Shown one piece after another: positions 24,442 through 37,450 of a DNA stretch of 64,000 bases (the first letter of the stretch is position 1; the number at the start of each line of letters is the position of its first letter). Both the position numbers and the translations under genes were made by a program. Under the pieces are notes generated by a model. The model was not told where the DNA came from, did no database searches, and was given only the letters and a program-made list of their open reading frames with translations. The stretch is from positions 204,290,001-204,354,000 of the forward strand of contig NC_058375.1 in assembly GCF_018350175.1 (NCBI RefSeq), given 5' to 3'. The stretch is from Felis catus. Its lineage: Eukaryota.

Positions 24442-25189
24442 GGGGGCTGTGCATGGAAGGCTGATGAAGCTCTGCATACAGACAAAAGAATTTGGAGCTT
24501 CGGGTAGGACAATTCTGGGGACAGTGAAGAAGCAGGAAAAGACACTGAAAAGGGAATATCCAATGGGAATAAATAGGCCAAAGGCTTCCAGTTTGACTTC
24601 TCCATATCTCTCGAGAATCTTCAGCAAATTCTGTAAGCTCTCACAAATCCTAGTGGAGGAAATTCTTTTTGTGGAAATTGGTGGAGAGGCCAAAGAGATT
24701 GTTACGGACCTCGACAGATGTGGGGTACAACTGAATAGGGCTAGTCATCTCCTTCTTATCCATCTCACTTCTTTACCAATAGCCTTTGATTTGAGTCTGG
24801 AAATATCCAGTTAAGCTTATTTTTTAATTTTTCTGTGAGACTGGAGGTGGTCATGTTACCGAATTTTGGCCAACAGGGAGCAGGTGAAAGTCACTGAAGC
24901 TTCCAGACAAACTTTTAAAAAATGTACCTTTTATTCTTTGTCCCTGGAACTTCCTTCTGTGTTTGTCTGGAAAGCAGGCTATGCCTGGAGATGGGGAAGT
25001 AGTCTGTGATATGTGAGAAGTAAGTCTATTGAACAATAAAGGAGTTGAGTCCTTGATGATTTCTTCAGGTGGCTGTGCCCACCCAGATGACCTCCTTCTA
25101 GACTTCTGGTTTTAGGAAGAAAACCAGCCTCTGTTGGCTGAATCCTCTCTAACTGAATTTCTATAATAAATAACAGAATTTCAGCCCGT

Positions 25190-25400
25190 TAAAATAGCTT
25201 TTTCCCATTTTTAATTAGCTTGTTTTTTTCTCATGGATTTCCAAGAGGTTTTTTTTTGTTTTGTTTTGTTTTTTTTTGTTTCTTTGTTTTTGTAAAATAT
25301 GTTCTAGACACAAATCCTTTGTCGGTTATATAGGCCACAAATACCTTCTCTCCGAAACAGTGATTTTGTTCTGGCTCTTTCTCTAACTTTATCATGGATC
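25190..25400 (-). mobile_element. Old L1 ORF2 fragment
   Basis: Minus-strand peptide EKVFVAYITDKGFVSRTY resembles L1 EKIFANYASDKGLISRIY. Confidence 0.75.
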
Positions 25401-28111
25401 CTAGAAAAATCACTTTCCCTTTCAAGGTCGTGGGCCCATCTTCTGTAAAATGAAGGGTAGAGAGTATCTAAGGACTTGTCTAGCCCTGATGTTCTGGTCC
25501 ACAAATATGGGCCTAATAGATACATCCCTGTACAGCAGGACAGAGCAGCGTGGGCTGTCATAGTCCTTCATCTTCATAAAGCTTCGTATCCTGCCAGATA
25601 GATCACACAGTTCAGACTGATTACTTCAGAGATCTTTCTGGTTAGTTTTAGGATGATCTACTTTTTTGAGCATGTATAGAAATATTCTTACAGACTTAGA
25701 GCTGAAAAATTTACTTAGGCTACCCAAGGGGAAAAAAATGGAAAAAAATATTATAATATTTTAGCATATCTCCTCTTAAACTAAATAAACATACGTTGTT
25801 AACGGGACTTGAAAATAATATATTCCACTGGTAAGTAGTAGAAAATGATGAGTCATTTTTTATGTATTTCGGCAATACTCATTGAATTATTATAAGAGGG
25901 AAATTTTTTGAAATGAAATAGTTTGCCAGCTGTCAAGTTTGGATTTTATTTAAAAACATATTGTCTACGGAGAAATCTTGAGATACGAACAAAATAACAA
26001 CAACAAAAGAGCACAACCCAGCAAACAGATCATATTGAATGTTCTTTCAAAATGGACTGTTTTCCATGATCACTATGAAAAGAAAAGAAAATGTTGATTT
26101 TTTTTTAAAGTGGGGAATATCCCTCCCTAAATTTCATTTTTCCCCTTTGGGCTTGCATAAAAGCTAAGGCAGAAAGGCTCATGACAGACAGTTGAGATGA
26201 AACTATGAGAGCACCTTTGGATGGAGTCAGCGCCATATTGGACATTACCTTAAGAATGCCTGCACTCGCGTGAGTATTTGGTCTAAGTGTTCTACACTGC
26301 TCATTCCTCAGGACTGTGCTCTGGCAGGGGGAGGAGCCTGCCATGCTATCCTGAGCTACAACTCCAAGGTTGCTAATATTTATGTGAGAAGCTACTGCGT
26401 AAATCTACTAACCTGATTCAAGCAAGTGATATGTGTGACTAATGAAGTCTTGCATTCACTAAGGGAGGAAACAAGACAACAAGAAAACTAAGCTTGTTAA
26501 TTATTCCTGTTCTTCCCTTACAACTCTGCCTATGGAAAATCTTCTGAGCAGTGCCTGCTTTATCTCATCCTTCATCCCTGGAGTCATTATTTTTCTTTTT
26601 TGTAACTCCAGGTTCCTCTGGGCTCTCACGTTTTCTGGAGCCTAATTAAAGAGTCATTAATATTGCTACTCACTGAGTTGGATAAGCAGTTTTTGATTTT
26701 CAAATGGTAAGATTTGGGCCTTCCTCTTTCCCGTGCCTCCCTGTAAAATATAAAGGCTTCTTAGCAAACTGCCTTCTCTTTAGTGTGGCAGTGCACTACC
26801 TGAAGCCATGTACAGCCATGCCCCCCTGCAGTGCCACCCATGAGCAGCAGCCACAAGACTGAGACACCTCTTGGGGTATCTTATTTCTCCACTGTGGTTA
26901 CTTGGGTCCGAATTTCAGACAATCACACGTCTCTCCTGCTTATCTAGGCACACCTCACTTCTTTGTTGTGATGAGAGGCAGCAGTGGGTTGAAGAGACCC
27001 GATGTTTATTTGCATCTCTAGTAATGCAGTTAAACCCACAGCCTCTACTTCCATAGGGCCCTCTGGGGAGTCGTAGTTGGACCGAGACCTGGAACAACTT
27101 TCCCTGCAAGGCCTCAGGCCCTCGTGCCACTCTGGCCCTCATCCCAGGCTCCTGCCTCACTGATGAAAAGGACTGTCTCTGCATACTTCCATCCCCTCCA
27201 TCCTCCCAGGAATCCTTCCTCTTCTCCCCTAACTGTTGTCTATCAAATATGAATATATTTATCTGAACTACAGTTTGGACCAGGGCTCAACTATTTCTTG
27301 TCTGTGTGTTTTTGCTTGTCTAGTAGAGTAGTAATGATCTCCATACTGGTCTTTGAATGAGCTTTTAAAGATACAGATTCCATTTTCTCTAGGAACGGTG
27401 AGGCAGACACCACTGATGCCCCACTTCTCCCCCGGCCACCCGGCCCCCTGCCCATATTCTTAAACCACCTGAGTTTATGAGGAAAGCCGGTGGAGTGCTT
27501 TCAGTCCACTGGAAACATTTTGCTATGGGCTGATGACATCTCACTCGATAAAAACTAAACAAAGCCACACACACACAAAGCTGCTTCGTCACTTCGTCGG
27601 AAAGATTTTTTGAGTAATTAATCCCTTCGTTCCTTCCCCGTAAATTAACAACTCCTAGATGCCGGATCTGGTTTCCACACTATCTGTTCTGTTCACTTGT
27701 TATTAAAAAAACAAAAAACAAAAAACGCAAACAAACCTGGAAGTGCCTCCTATACAAACAAGACAAATGGAGTTTTCGTCCTCAAGGGAAGTGTGTTATC
27801 TTCCATTTGCTCATCATTCAAATTGTGCACCGAGACACATGTTTCCATTATAGTATTTTATTTGTCAGTTTTTATCACTGGTAAGATTTTCCAATTCTTA
27901 ATCTCTATTCAGATGGCCCTACATATCCTTACCTGTTGATTTTTAAATATGCATTTAGAATAGTTTTGCTTTCAGAACCATCACATCAAGAAACTACTGA
28001 GAGCGAAGTTAAACCCATTGCGTTAGAAAGAATGATCACTTGTAAAATTTCATCTTTTCCTTCTGGTACATGTCAGTATTTGTCTTCATTTATTCAAGTG
28101 TCTCAGTAAAA

Positions 28112-28469
28112 TATATCAGCCAAAGTTCTCCAGGGAAGCAGAATTAATAGGATGTGTGTACATGTAGAAAGAGATTTTCTATAATGAACTGGCTTACAAG
28201 ATTATGGAGGCTAGCAAGTTCAAATGTGCAGTGTGGACCAACAGGCTGGAGACCCAGGGGGCCCATGGTGCAGGTAAAGTCTGAAGGCAGTCTGCAGAAG
28301 AAATCTCTATTACTCAGGAAGACCATTCTTTTTGTCCTGGTCCAGATTTCTTCTGATCGGATGAGACTCACACACATGATGAAGGGCAATCTTCTTAGAG
28401 TTCGCCAGTGTAAATGTTAATTTCACCCAAACACAGCCTCCATATTGGCACATAAAATTCACCAACACA
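28112..28469 (-). mobile_element. MLT2 (ERVL) solo LTR
   Basis: TATATCAGCCAAAGTTCTCCAGGGAAGCAGAA...ATTATGGAGGCTAGCAAGTTC...GGCACATAAAATTCACCAACACA. Probable TSD GTAAA on both sides. Confidence 0.88.
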
Positions 28470-29751
28470 GTAAAGTGTTTCTAGGTTTCTTCAAATCTTG
28501 TGCATGATTTTAAAGTTCATTTCTTATTGTTTCATATTTTTGTTTGCTATTACAAGCTGGAATTTCTTTCTCACATTGTGTTTTTAAATAAGACACTCTG
28601 GGATAAGTAATAGATATAAAATTTGCAGCAGAATGCTCGGCACATGAGAAGTGCTTAATGAATCCTCCTGGCATGTACATTTATTTTGCATTTAGCATCT
28701 TAATGCACTGGTTCTTTTGTTAAACGTTCAACATTTAACAAAATGTTCTTTTGTTAAATCTTTTATATTCCTAAATATTATAATCTATAAATAATTTTCA
28801 CTCGTCCTTTCAGTAAGTACATTATTTCCAATTCTTTACTTATTGGTTTGGCTGGATCCTCAAAAACAAATTTCAATAATATTAATTAGGGAAGGCATCT
28901 TAGTTTTATTCCCAATGAGTAAAGGAGAGCTCTTCTCATATTGTTAAGATTTTCTTTTTCTCCTAAAGTACCTTTGTTTTTTTTGGGGGGGAGGGGACAG
29001 TTTTTCTTTTGGTTTATCTTTCCCTTTTTTTATATGCGTATCTTTCCTATTGTCAAGTGATCCTTATTTGTCTGTTTTTAGGAATGTGGCAATAAAAAGC
29101 TCCTTGGCAACTTTTTGTAAATAGCTGAAGCTTTTTGATTGATGGGCTTTACTGTAGAGAGATTGGGTTGGGAAATTTTCATGATGTTATGGGATCTTTG
29201 AATGTCAGAAATTAGGGCCTTTCAATTTAACCAGCTTTCTGTTCTCTTTGATCACTTTGCTTAGAAACATTAGCCAGCTTTCTAGGAGTTTTGTATAAAG
29301 GGTACATGTGGATTTAACTATGCAGATTTTCAACTTCTCCCTCTTGCTGTCAGTCTCATGACTTGTTCCTTCCCTCCGTTGTCTCAAATATTTCTGAGTC
29401 TCAAATCTTTCTGAGATTCTGGAGGGTGGAATCACAGTTCCTCACTGTATCTTTCTAATTCTAGTATTTTCAGCTTTACATCCTTTTGCTTCTTAAATGT
29501 TGTTTCTCCATCACGATGATTTCATTCTTCTAGAAATACTAATTTCTAGAAAACCCTCTTTATGGGTTTAAACTTTCTTTTAAAAATTGGTTTCATTTCA
29601 GTATGGTCTCAGGAGGTAAGGCAATGAATCATATGGAACCAGGACTATTGTATTAATGTTTTTTAATTAAGAATGTTGTTAGTTGCCTCTTTCAGAGAGA
29701 ATCTTTTAAGATGTGACAATGTTCTTTTATTCCTAATTTTCTAAAAGTTTT

Positions 29752-29975
29752 TTTTTTTTTTTACTTTTTTAATATTTATTCATTATTGAGAGACCGAGAG
29801 AGACAGACCTCAAGCATGGGAAGGTCAGAGAGAGGGGGAGACAAAGAATCCAAAGCAGGCTCCAGGCTCTGAGCTGTCAGCACAGAGCCTGACGTGGGGC
29901 TCGAACCCACAAACCACCAGATCATGACCTGAGGTAAAGTCGGATGCTTAACTGACTGAGCCACCCTGGCGCCCC
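29752..29975 (-). mobile_element. CanSINE
   Basis: Poly-T, (GA)n, ...GAGCCACCCTGGCGCCCC. TSD AAAGTTTTT. Confidence 0.96.
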
Positions 29976-30489
29976 TGAAAGTTTTTAAAATTAGAAATTT
30001 CAACATCTTTTGGAAAGTTTTTTGGAATATGTTGTTTTATTATTTTTCATACTAGTGTGATATACCAAATCATTAGATTTCCTTCCCATTTTTCTTAAAC
30101 TCTTCAGAACTAATTGGATATTTGCAATGTTCTAGATACTTCTTAGACAATACAAAAATAAGCAGAAGACATCCTAGACTACCATAAAGCTCCTCATATA
30201 ACTGAGAACCTGTTTAAACAACAAAGTTATAACGAAGCAAGTGGAAAATAGATGTATATGGGAAATGGGATCACAAAAGGAAGCAATTAATTAAAACTGA
30301 GAAAACTGAGCAATTAATAAAACTGTGGGCTCTTACAGAGCTGTTGCCATTTGAGTTTGAATTCGAAGACTGAAAATGTATTTTCCAAGCTAATAACGGA
30401 GAGCAATGATGGACTTTCAGTGAGACTCTTGATTAAAGGAACAGAAAAAAAAAAAAAAAAACAGAAGTGGGGAAAAAAAGTGGGATCAT

Positions 30490-30990
30490 TAGAAAATAGC
30501 AAATAACCTTGTCTGGTTGTTTTCTAAGATGTACGGAAGAGTACATGTATTACAAAGTTGAATTGGGGTCAGACAATGAAAGCCTTGAGAGATTTTTGTC
30601 TTTATACCATGGGCACAGACATTTAGACTTGTCAAATAGTTTGTAAAAAATAGGAACATGATCAAAACTCTGGTTTACAAAGACAAACCTGGGGCAAGTG
30701 TAAAGGATGGGTTGAAAAAGTGACAGATCAGAGGCAGGGGCCTGCTAAAAGCCATTGCAAGAATTCAGAAAGAGATCAAAAAAGTCCAAACTAAGGCATC
30801 GGATGTAATAATTGGAGAAAAGAGACACGAAAGTCACTCTGAATATAGAATCGATAGAAATCATAAACTGATTGGAAATAAGGATTGAGAAAAATGCAGA
30901 AATGAGGAATACATCAAATTTTCTAGCAGAGTAACTTAGAGAAGGCTGTAGCGTTATTCCCTGGGTAAGGAAATACAATAAGTGAACAGA
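30490..30990 (-). mobile_element. LINE-2 fragment
   Basis: Purine-rich; GGGGTCAGACAATGAAAGCCTTG...GAACATGATCAAAACTCTGGTTTACAAAGA...AAGCCATTGCAAGAATTCAG. Confidence 0.75.
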
Positions 30991-31479
30991 AGGTCATAAG
31001 CTAAGATAATAGGTTACTCGGAGGCACATACAATGCCAGGAAGTTCCACTGAAAGCCTCTCTGCTCACAGGTGAGGAAACCTTTCCTATTCTTTGGAACA
31101 GTCAAAACTTTCCCATGCGAAGTAGAGTTCTAGCTTCTTTAGTGGTGCTACGTCTAGGAAGTTCTGGAATTTGATGAAGACTAGCTCGGAGACTGACCTA
31201 GGCTATGGTAAGGAACCATACTGTAGACATGCAGATAATGAATATGATTAGAAGCCGTGGCTCTCCAACAAAGATGGGGAAAGCTGATGATAAGGTGTGC
31301 GCTCACATACGCACACACTCACACACACACGCACATGCACGTGCACACGCCTGTAGTAGGCCGTGTGTGGTAGAAAAACTTAATTATTAAGAAGCTAGAT
31401 GTTCTTCCACCCAGGACTGAAAGACATGGAATTGGCTTTGCCTTAGAATCACTACTGCTTGAAAAAGATGTTGCGAGGC

Positions 31480-31713
31480 GGGGCACCTGGGTGGCTCAGT
31501 CGGTTGGGCGCCTAACTTCGGCTCGGGTCACGATCTCTCAGCTCACGAGTTCAAGCCCCATGCCGGGCTCTGTGCTCACCGCTTGGAGCCCGGGGCCTGC
31601 TTTGGATTCTGTCTCCCTCTCTCTCTAACCATCTCCCACTTCTACTCTGTCTGTCTGTCTCTCTCTCTCACTGAAATACAAATAAACATTACAAAAATAA
31701 AAATAAAAAAATA
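31480..31713 (+). mobile_element. CanSINE
   Basis: GGGGCACCTGGGTGGCTCAG head. Degenerate 18-bp TSD (15/18) at 31462-31479 and 31714-31731. Confidence 0.96.
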
Positions 31714-32944
31714 AAAAAGGTGTTGAGATGCAACTGTGTCTGATTATGTTAAGTTTGTACTATGCAAAGGCAGCCCCAAGTTTCTTTTTTCCATCCATTC
31801 ACGATAAACAGAGACACCTACCAAATTTCTTTGGGTGCTTTAATAACGATTATAGACAGTCCACCGTTCTGACTCCTACTGGGCTTCTGTACTGTGACCC
31901 TCCATGGCTGACCCTGCTCAGTAGAACAGAGAAGCTCCTCAAGCGGAAAAAGGCTACCCTGACTGTCTAATCAATAGCTAGTTCTTCCTAGAGGCATGGC
32001 GCTTGGTAAAACAAGGACAAGTGAGGCTCCTCTTCTGACTGGAATTTCCATAGAAGTCAAGCTTTGCCACTCTGATTCCTAAAAGCCCTACTTCCTCAGA
32101 CCAGTAATGTGGCTTCCAGAGAAAAATAAACAAGGGCAGGAATGCGTTCTTTCCAGAAAGAAGAATTTCTCGCTCTCTGTACCACTTTAAGTATGTTTTC
32201 ACCAAATGATCCATTCACCCTATCTAGGTTGAGCTAACATAACTGCACCCATAATTTGCTAATTTCCCTTTATTGAATTTCTGACCAGAGTGACCATCCC
32301 CCTTTCCCTAAAAAAAATATCTCAAGCCACATGTTGTTCTTTAGGTATATCAACTTTCCTTTCTCATACCTTCCATCTACTACTCTTCTTGAAATTTTCA
32401 GTCTCTAGTTAGATTCATTAATGAAGAATTTCCTCGGTATTAATTTTATAACCACGCTATGGCTTTGTTAAAACATTCGTATGCAATCTAATTCTCCTTG
32501 GGTCCTACAGTGGCCTGGGGAAGAGTGAGGGTAACAACAGAATTTTGCCAGTCGGTCCAAAGACTCATGGGTGAGAAGCTTCAGGAAATATTTGTGGTTA
32601 CCCCTGTGGTATTAAGCACAACCTGTGTTCTCCACAGCTCTGTGATCTTTACATGGTGACTCTTAGGGCCAGACAGATGTTATACAGTCACTTGGTGTTG
32701 AAGCCAGCGTTTTGAACGAGGCATATCCTTCACTTAAGTCCTTGACAGACTTTATATTAAGGCTTAAAGAACTAGTCCTAGTTGGTATGGCACCATGAGA
32801 AAATAATATGCTTGTTGGGTAACCGATCGCAGAGTTACCTTAATGATACCAGTTCTATTTTTCCCAGAGAGTAGTTTATATACTGGAAGAATTAGTCACT
32901 GGAATCTTTCATAATCCTTCACTTTTGTGTATTACCATTCAGTT

Positions 32945-33065
32945 CATAAATCTTGGCACACACCTGATCTCATTTAATCCTCCTATGACCCTAGGCTTTA
33001 TTAACCTCACTTTGCAGATGTGGAGGCTCAGAACCAGAGAGATTAAAACAACCTCCCAGGTCTTC
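32945..33065 (-). mobile_element. MIR fragment
   Basis: ATCTCATTTAATCCTC...CCTCACTTTGCAGATGTGGAGGCTCAG. Confidence 0.75.
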
Positions 33066-33299
33066 TTCTCAAGTACTGCGTCCATTCAACCACAACTGTC
33101 ATGTGACCAAGGACCTAGAGAATTGGTACAACCCTCAAGTTTGGCTTTCAAAAAATAACCTCCTTATTAGACGGAGGAGCTGTTGGCGTTCCTTTAGAAC
33201 TGGTCTGCATGCTCCTCGGTCATGTTCCTACGTCATGCATACACTGTCTCTTCCTCCTTGTCTTAGCTGGGTCATTGGTACCTCTCAGAAGCTTTCTCT

Positions 33300-33505
33300 G
33301 CCTTCACCAATACCAACTCAATCCATACTCTCCTAGTACGATGGATTTCTTTTCTGTGTGATTATATGATTAATGTGTGTAACCCCTTGGAAGCCTCTGC
33401 ATATCCACTGAGCAAGGGAAATGTGTTTTTCCTCATTGTTATGAGCCAGTGCCAGCACATTGGAGCCCGTGGTAAGCGCTCAATATAGATTTGTTGAATG
33501 GATGT
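33300..33505 (+). mobile_element. LINE-2 3' end
   Basis: CCAGTGCCAGCACA...GTAAGCGCTCAATATAGATTTGTTGAATGGATG. Confidence 0.7.
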
Positions 33506-34409
33506 ATTAATAATTTTTACTTGAATAAGTTGACCTATTTGTGAGAAAAGCCCTAATTTTATAATCCAGCACTGGAAATGTCTTTAAAGACTTTTTCCCC
33601 TACCAAGCACATTTTCTTATTGTGAACCAGACCATGAATCCAATTCCCGTGGTACTTACACTATTCCATGGAGGTAAATGGAGCTATATAAAATTAGTTA
33701 AGTCAAGCAGAGGAGTATTTAAGAAGTTTCTGTTTGAGCACATAAAACTAGTTTCATCCAGAATGAATTAATGAGTCTATCAAACATGTCAAGTGTTTTT
33801 TTTTTCCCCCAAGAAGGTTAGCCAGAGAAAAAAATCTCATCCGTGCATCACATTCATTTCCAGGTATACATTTCAGCTCAAGTTAAGGGTAAATGTATCT
33901 CAGCTGGCCCAAAACATAAATGTCAACTTGTGAGACATTTGTATGAAATGCATAAACTTCTCTCATGAGGGTGCTAAATTATGAACTGACAATCTGATTT
34001 TTCAATTTCATCTTTGATGCTAATTTTGGAACAGAAAGGCACACATACATTGTTATTTACAGGAAATCTGTCACAAAGTAGTTTGAGTGGTGAGACTGAA
34101 TTTCTTATCTTTGTCCATTCTTTTGGTAATGCTAACAGACCATTGAATGAGAGTCAGTTCTAATCCCACTCTGCAGACAGTATAAATGAGGCGGAGAACA
34201 TTGATGAGTTAGATGAGCCAGAAAAATGTCTTCTGTGACATGACTTTCTTGCATTGGCCTGTAATAGGCTTTTCTGGAAATTTTGTCCTCGTGAAAAGGT
34301 GCATGCGCAGTGACTGATTCCTTGTGGAGTCAGCGAAGAGATTTGGGAAGACTGCACAGAGACTGCTGTGTGCCAGCCCCTATTACCGTAGTTTGGGCAG
34401 CCTCACAGG

Positions 34410-34540
34410 CAGACGAGAACTGGGATTTGGGAGAGCTGGGTTCCAATTCTGATTTGCAGCAGACTCCTGCAGGAGCACTTGAGAGTTACTCTAAACTGTC
34501 AGTCTTAGTCTCTACATCTATCAAACGAGGAGAATAAATC
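34410..34540 (+). mobile_element. MIR fragment
   Basis: GAGCTGGGTTCCAATTCTG...TCTTAGTCTCTACATCTATCAAACGAGGAGAATAA. Confidence 0.6.
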
Positions 34541-34564
34541 CTGGGTGATTCCAAATGTGAACTT

Positions 34565-34710
34565 GTTCCTGGGTTGCATCAGGATGACCTGGAACTCTAA
34601 AATGCGGGTTCCCGGATCTTATCCAAGACTTAACAAATCAGAACCTTTGGGAGAGGGGTCAGAACCTGGGAATCCGTATATTAATAGCCCTGTAGATGAG
34701 TCTTATAAAA
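34565..34710. mobile_element. MER5A-like hAT-Charlie fragment
   Basis: TGCATCAGGATGACCTGG...AAATCAGAACCTTTGGG...CCTGGGAATCCGTATATTAATAGCCC. Confidence 0.6.
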
Positions 34711-36599
34711 AATGAAATACAGATGGAATACTTTCAACCATGATTGTAAGCTTTGGCTCCCACGTTCAGCGACCTAAGCACAATCTATGTCCCCAGAGCA
34801 GCAATAGGGATGGCTGGAAGTATCTCTGGGTTTGATACAAAACGACTGCTCATCACGATGTATTGCTGGATCTTCTAAGTAATATGTGATTTGATGGACA
34901 CAAGATATTAGTCTCTTCAAGGTCCATAAATTCCACGAAACAGAGACGGAACATAATCCTGCAAATGGGGGTAACCCATGGAAAGCCTCTGAGGAGAGGA
35001 CCACCACAAGTAACTTGAATCTTAGGAGGTTATCTCTTGCAGCAGGCTGGTGGACCAGCTGGATGGAAGAGGGACTAGAGGCTGTTGCTACTGTCCAAGT
35101 CAACAAGTGATGAGCACCAGAACCAGGGTAGGGACCTACTACGTAAACTGAACCAGATTCTGTTAAACCAAAACCATTGTCATTTAGAATGATCATGGTG
35201 TGTCAGAGGAGCCATTTGTTTTTCTATATATCTTTATATTCTTCTATACCACTGGGCTTCTTATTTGTACCTTTAAGAACATCTGTGCTCTCTCGGGTAT
35301 ACCTAGATATGGTGTGTGCCTGTACGTGTGTTTAATCAGTTCTATTGGTGTTTTTTGGGAAATAGAATCCAGGAATGCTAAGATTTCTAATGGGGATTTA
35401 GAATGGGAAAAGTGACATGTTGAAGACTTGTATTTCCTCCACTTGAACAACAGATTCATGGTTAAGACATACTTTTCAGCATACTGCGTATAATTAGCTT
35501 TGTTTCCTCTGACAAGCTTTAAATATAGAACCAAGATAATGCTTTTTAGTTAATATCTTTAGCACAGCATTTAAAAAAAACACAAAATAAATTTCAATGT
35601 AAAATCTTTAAAGTTACAAAGCTTCAAGAGGCTAGAACTTTAAAAAGCCAATTAGTATCTGGATATTTAGCTCAATTTGGCTTTTTTTCTCTTCATACCC
35701 CTCATTGATAGCTTCTGATCTAAAAAAGAATAGTTATATGGGTTGATGCTAATATTCATGTTTTATCTCAATTTCCTCTCCCACAGTCTTATTTTAACAA
35801 AAACAAAAAACCAAAAAAACTGTGAGTTGTGAAGATCTGTAAGATGTCTTTAGTCTAACCTACTTGGCCCCCAAGATGCTAGTTCAAGAACTGATGACAG
35901 TTGGTATGTATGATTATACTTTTTGCAGGCAATAGAATCCCAGCTATGGTTCCTTAAAGGTGTTCCAAAGGGTAGCCTTTCAGAGAGTATTGCTCACTCT
36001 GTTAGAATGTCGATCAGAGAACCTCCTGCTTTACTCTTTGGTTCTGTGGCCATTTATCGAGATACCATTGTGAACTCACTTCTATACCCAGTGCTTTCAA
36101 AAAAAAAAAAAAAAAAAAGATCTGTGAACTGCTTGGAAACACAAAGCCAAGAGCAGGCTTCATTTGAAATTTCCTAGTTGAAACATGTGGTATATTAAAG
36201 TTCACCTTGCAGGTCGTGAGCATTCGGATAGCCAACACTGTGACCTCGCTGTATAGAAGAGAGCTGCTACAGGAAGGAAGCTAACAAATGAGCAGCATGG
36301 ATCCCACATTCTGCTCAAATCAAATGAGACCTTTACCCTTTGTTGGATGCCTTAATACACAAGAAATAAGCCAGCAGGATGCCCACGTCTGAGTTACTCA
36401 TCCATCTCACCCGGCTCAAAGAGAACCAGTTCTCATCATTTTTATTGAACAAGAAAAATTTCACCACGAGGCAGCTCATTTTTCCAAGAGAAAGTAAAAT
36501 CTTACATAACTTAAGAGACTAAAAAGTAAAGTTTTTTATGCATTTTAATGAAGAATTTCTATTTAAAAAATCCTTGCGTTGCGCCAGAAGGTGCCCCCG

Positions 36600-36800
36600 T
36601 GTAGGAGAGATAATATAGGCCTTGGCCTCAAACCGACCCCAGCCTTAATCCCTAATCTACGACTTACTAGCTTTTGACTTTTCGCATTACTTATGTTCTG
36701 ACTTTCCATTTTCCTCATTTGTGAAATAGAGATAATGATAGTACCTCACAAGGGTGTTTTAAGGATTAAATCAAGAAGCTACTATACTTAGATTGTGTAA
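36600..36800 (+). mobile_element. MIR
   Basis: TTTCCTCATTTGTGAAATAGAGATAATGATAGTACCTCACAAGGGTGTTTTAAGGATTAAAT core. Confidence 0.8.
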
Positions 36801-36855
36801 GCCTGTGAGTTGAGTACCCCCCCCACACAAACAAATCTCCAAGCTGTCTCAGAAA

Positions 36856-36858
<3 letters not shown>

Positions 36859-36891
<33 letters not shown>
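36859..36891. repeat. (GT)n microsatellite
   Basis: Directly visible. Confidence 0.95.
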
Positions 36892-36892
<1 letters not shown>

Positions 36893-37274
36893 ACACATGA
36901 ATTTTTTGCCGTGGGAAAGTATCGGCTGGTCAGTTACAGACCTGGTATCGGGCTGTCTCTACCTCTTTCTCTTCAGATGACTTTTAGCAGAGTTTTTCCA
37001 TTCATTTTCTTTCTCTCTAAGCCAGTTTCCTTATTAAAATGGATATAACACCTGCTACCCCAGGTGGATGCTATGATCACTAGTTAAGATAATCTATGTG
37101 GAACACCTGAAACATGGCAGAGACTCTGAAAATTCTGCTTTCCCTCCCTTTTTCTCATTAGGCCTTTGAATAGAGAAATGGAGAGCAGAAGATTAAATGT
37201 AGTGTGTTTCATTCTTGCAAAATTATTCCCTGCTCATACCAGTGCTGATTCTATTGAATATCTATTGATTATTT

Positions 37275-37450
37275 TGTCTGACTAGTTCGAAGCACTTATA
37301 TGTATTGTCTCATGTAATCCACACTCCATACCTTGTAGAGAGATACTGTTACTATCCCCATTTGAGAGACAGAGAGGCCCAGAGATTAGATTACTCACCT
37401 AAGATCCAACATGGCTCTCCTGTGTTCCAAAGCCAACATGTCCAATCACT
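37275..37450 (-). mobile_element. MIR
   Basis: TCTCATGTAATCCACAC...TATCCCCATTTGAGAGACAGAGAGGCCCAGAGA. Confidence 0.7.

Noticed and set aside
29528-29551. TTCTAGAAAT inverted repeat / heat-shock element
   Set aside because: Two separate 2-unit nGAAn pairs rather than three contiguous units; a 10-bp AT-rich stem is expected by chance.
34774-35196. 140-aa minus-strand ORF
   Set aside because: Overlaps an apparent L2 remnant around 34960-35150; no recognisable homology.
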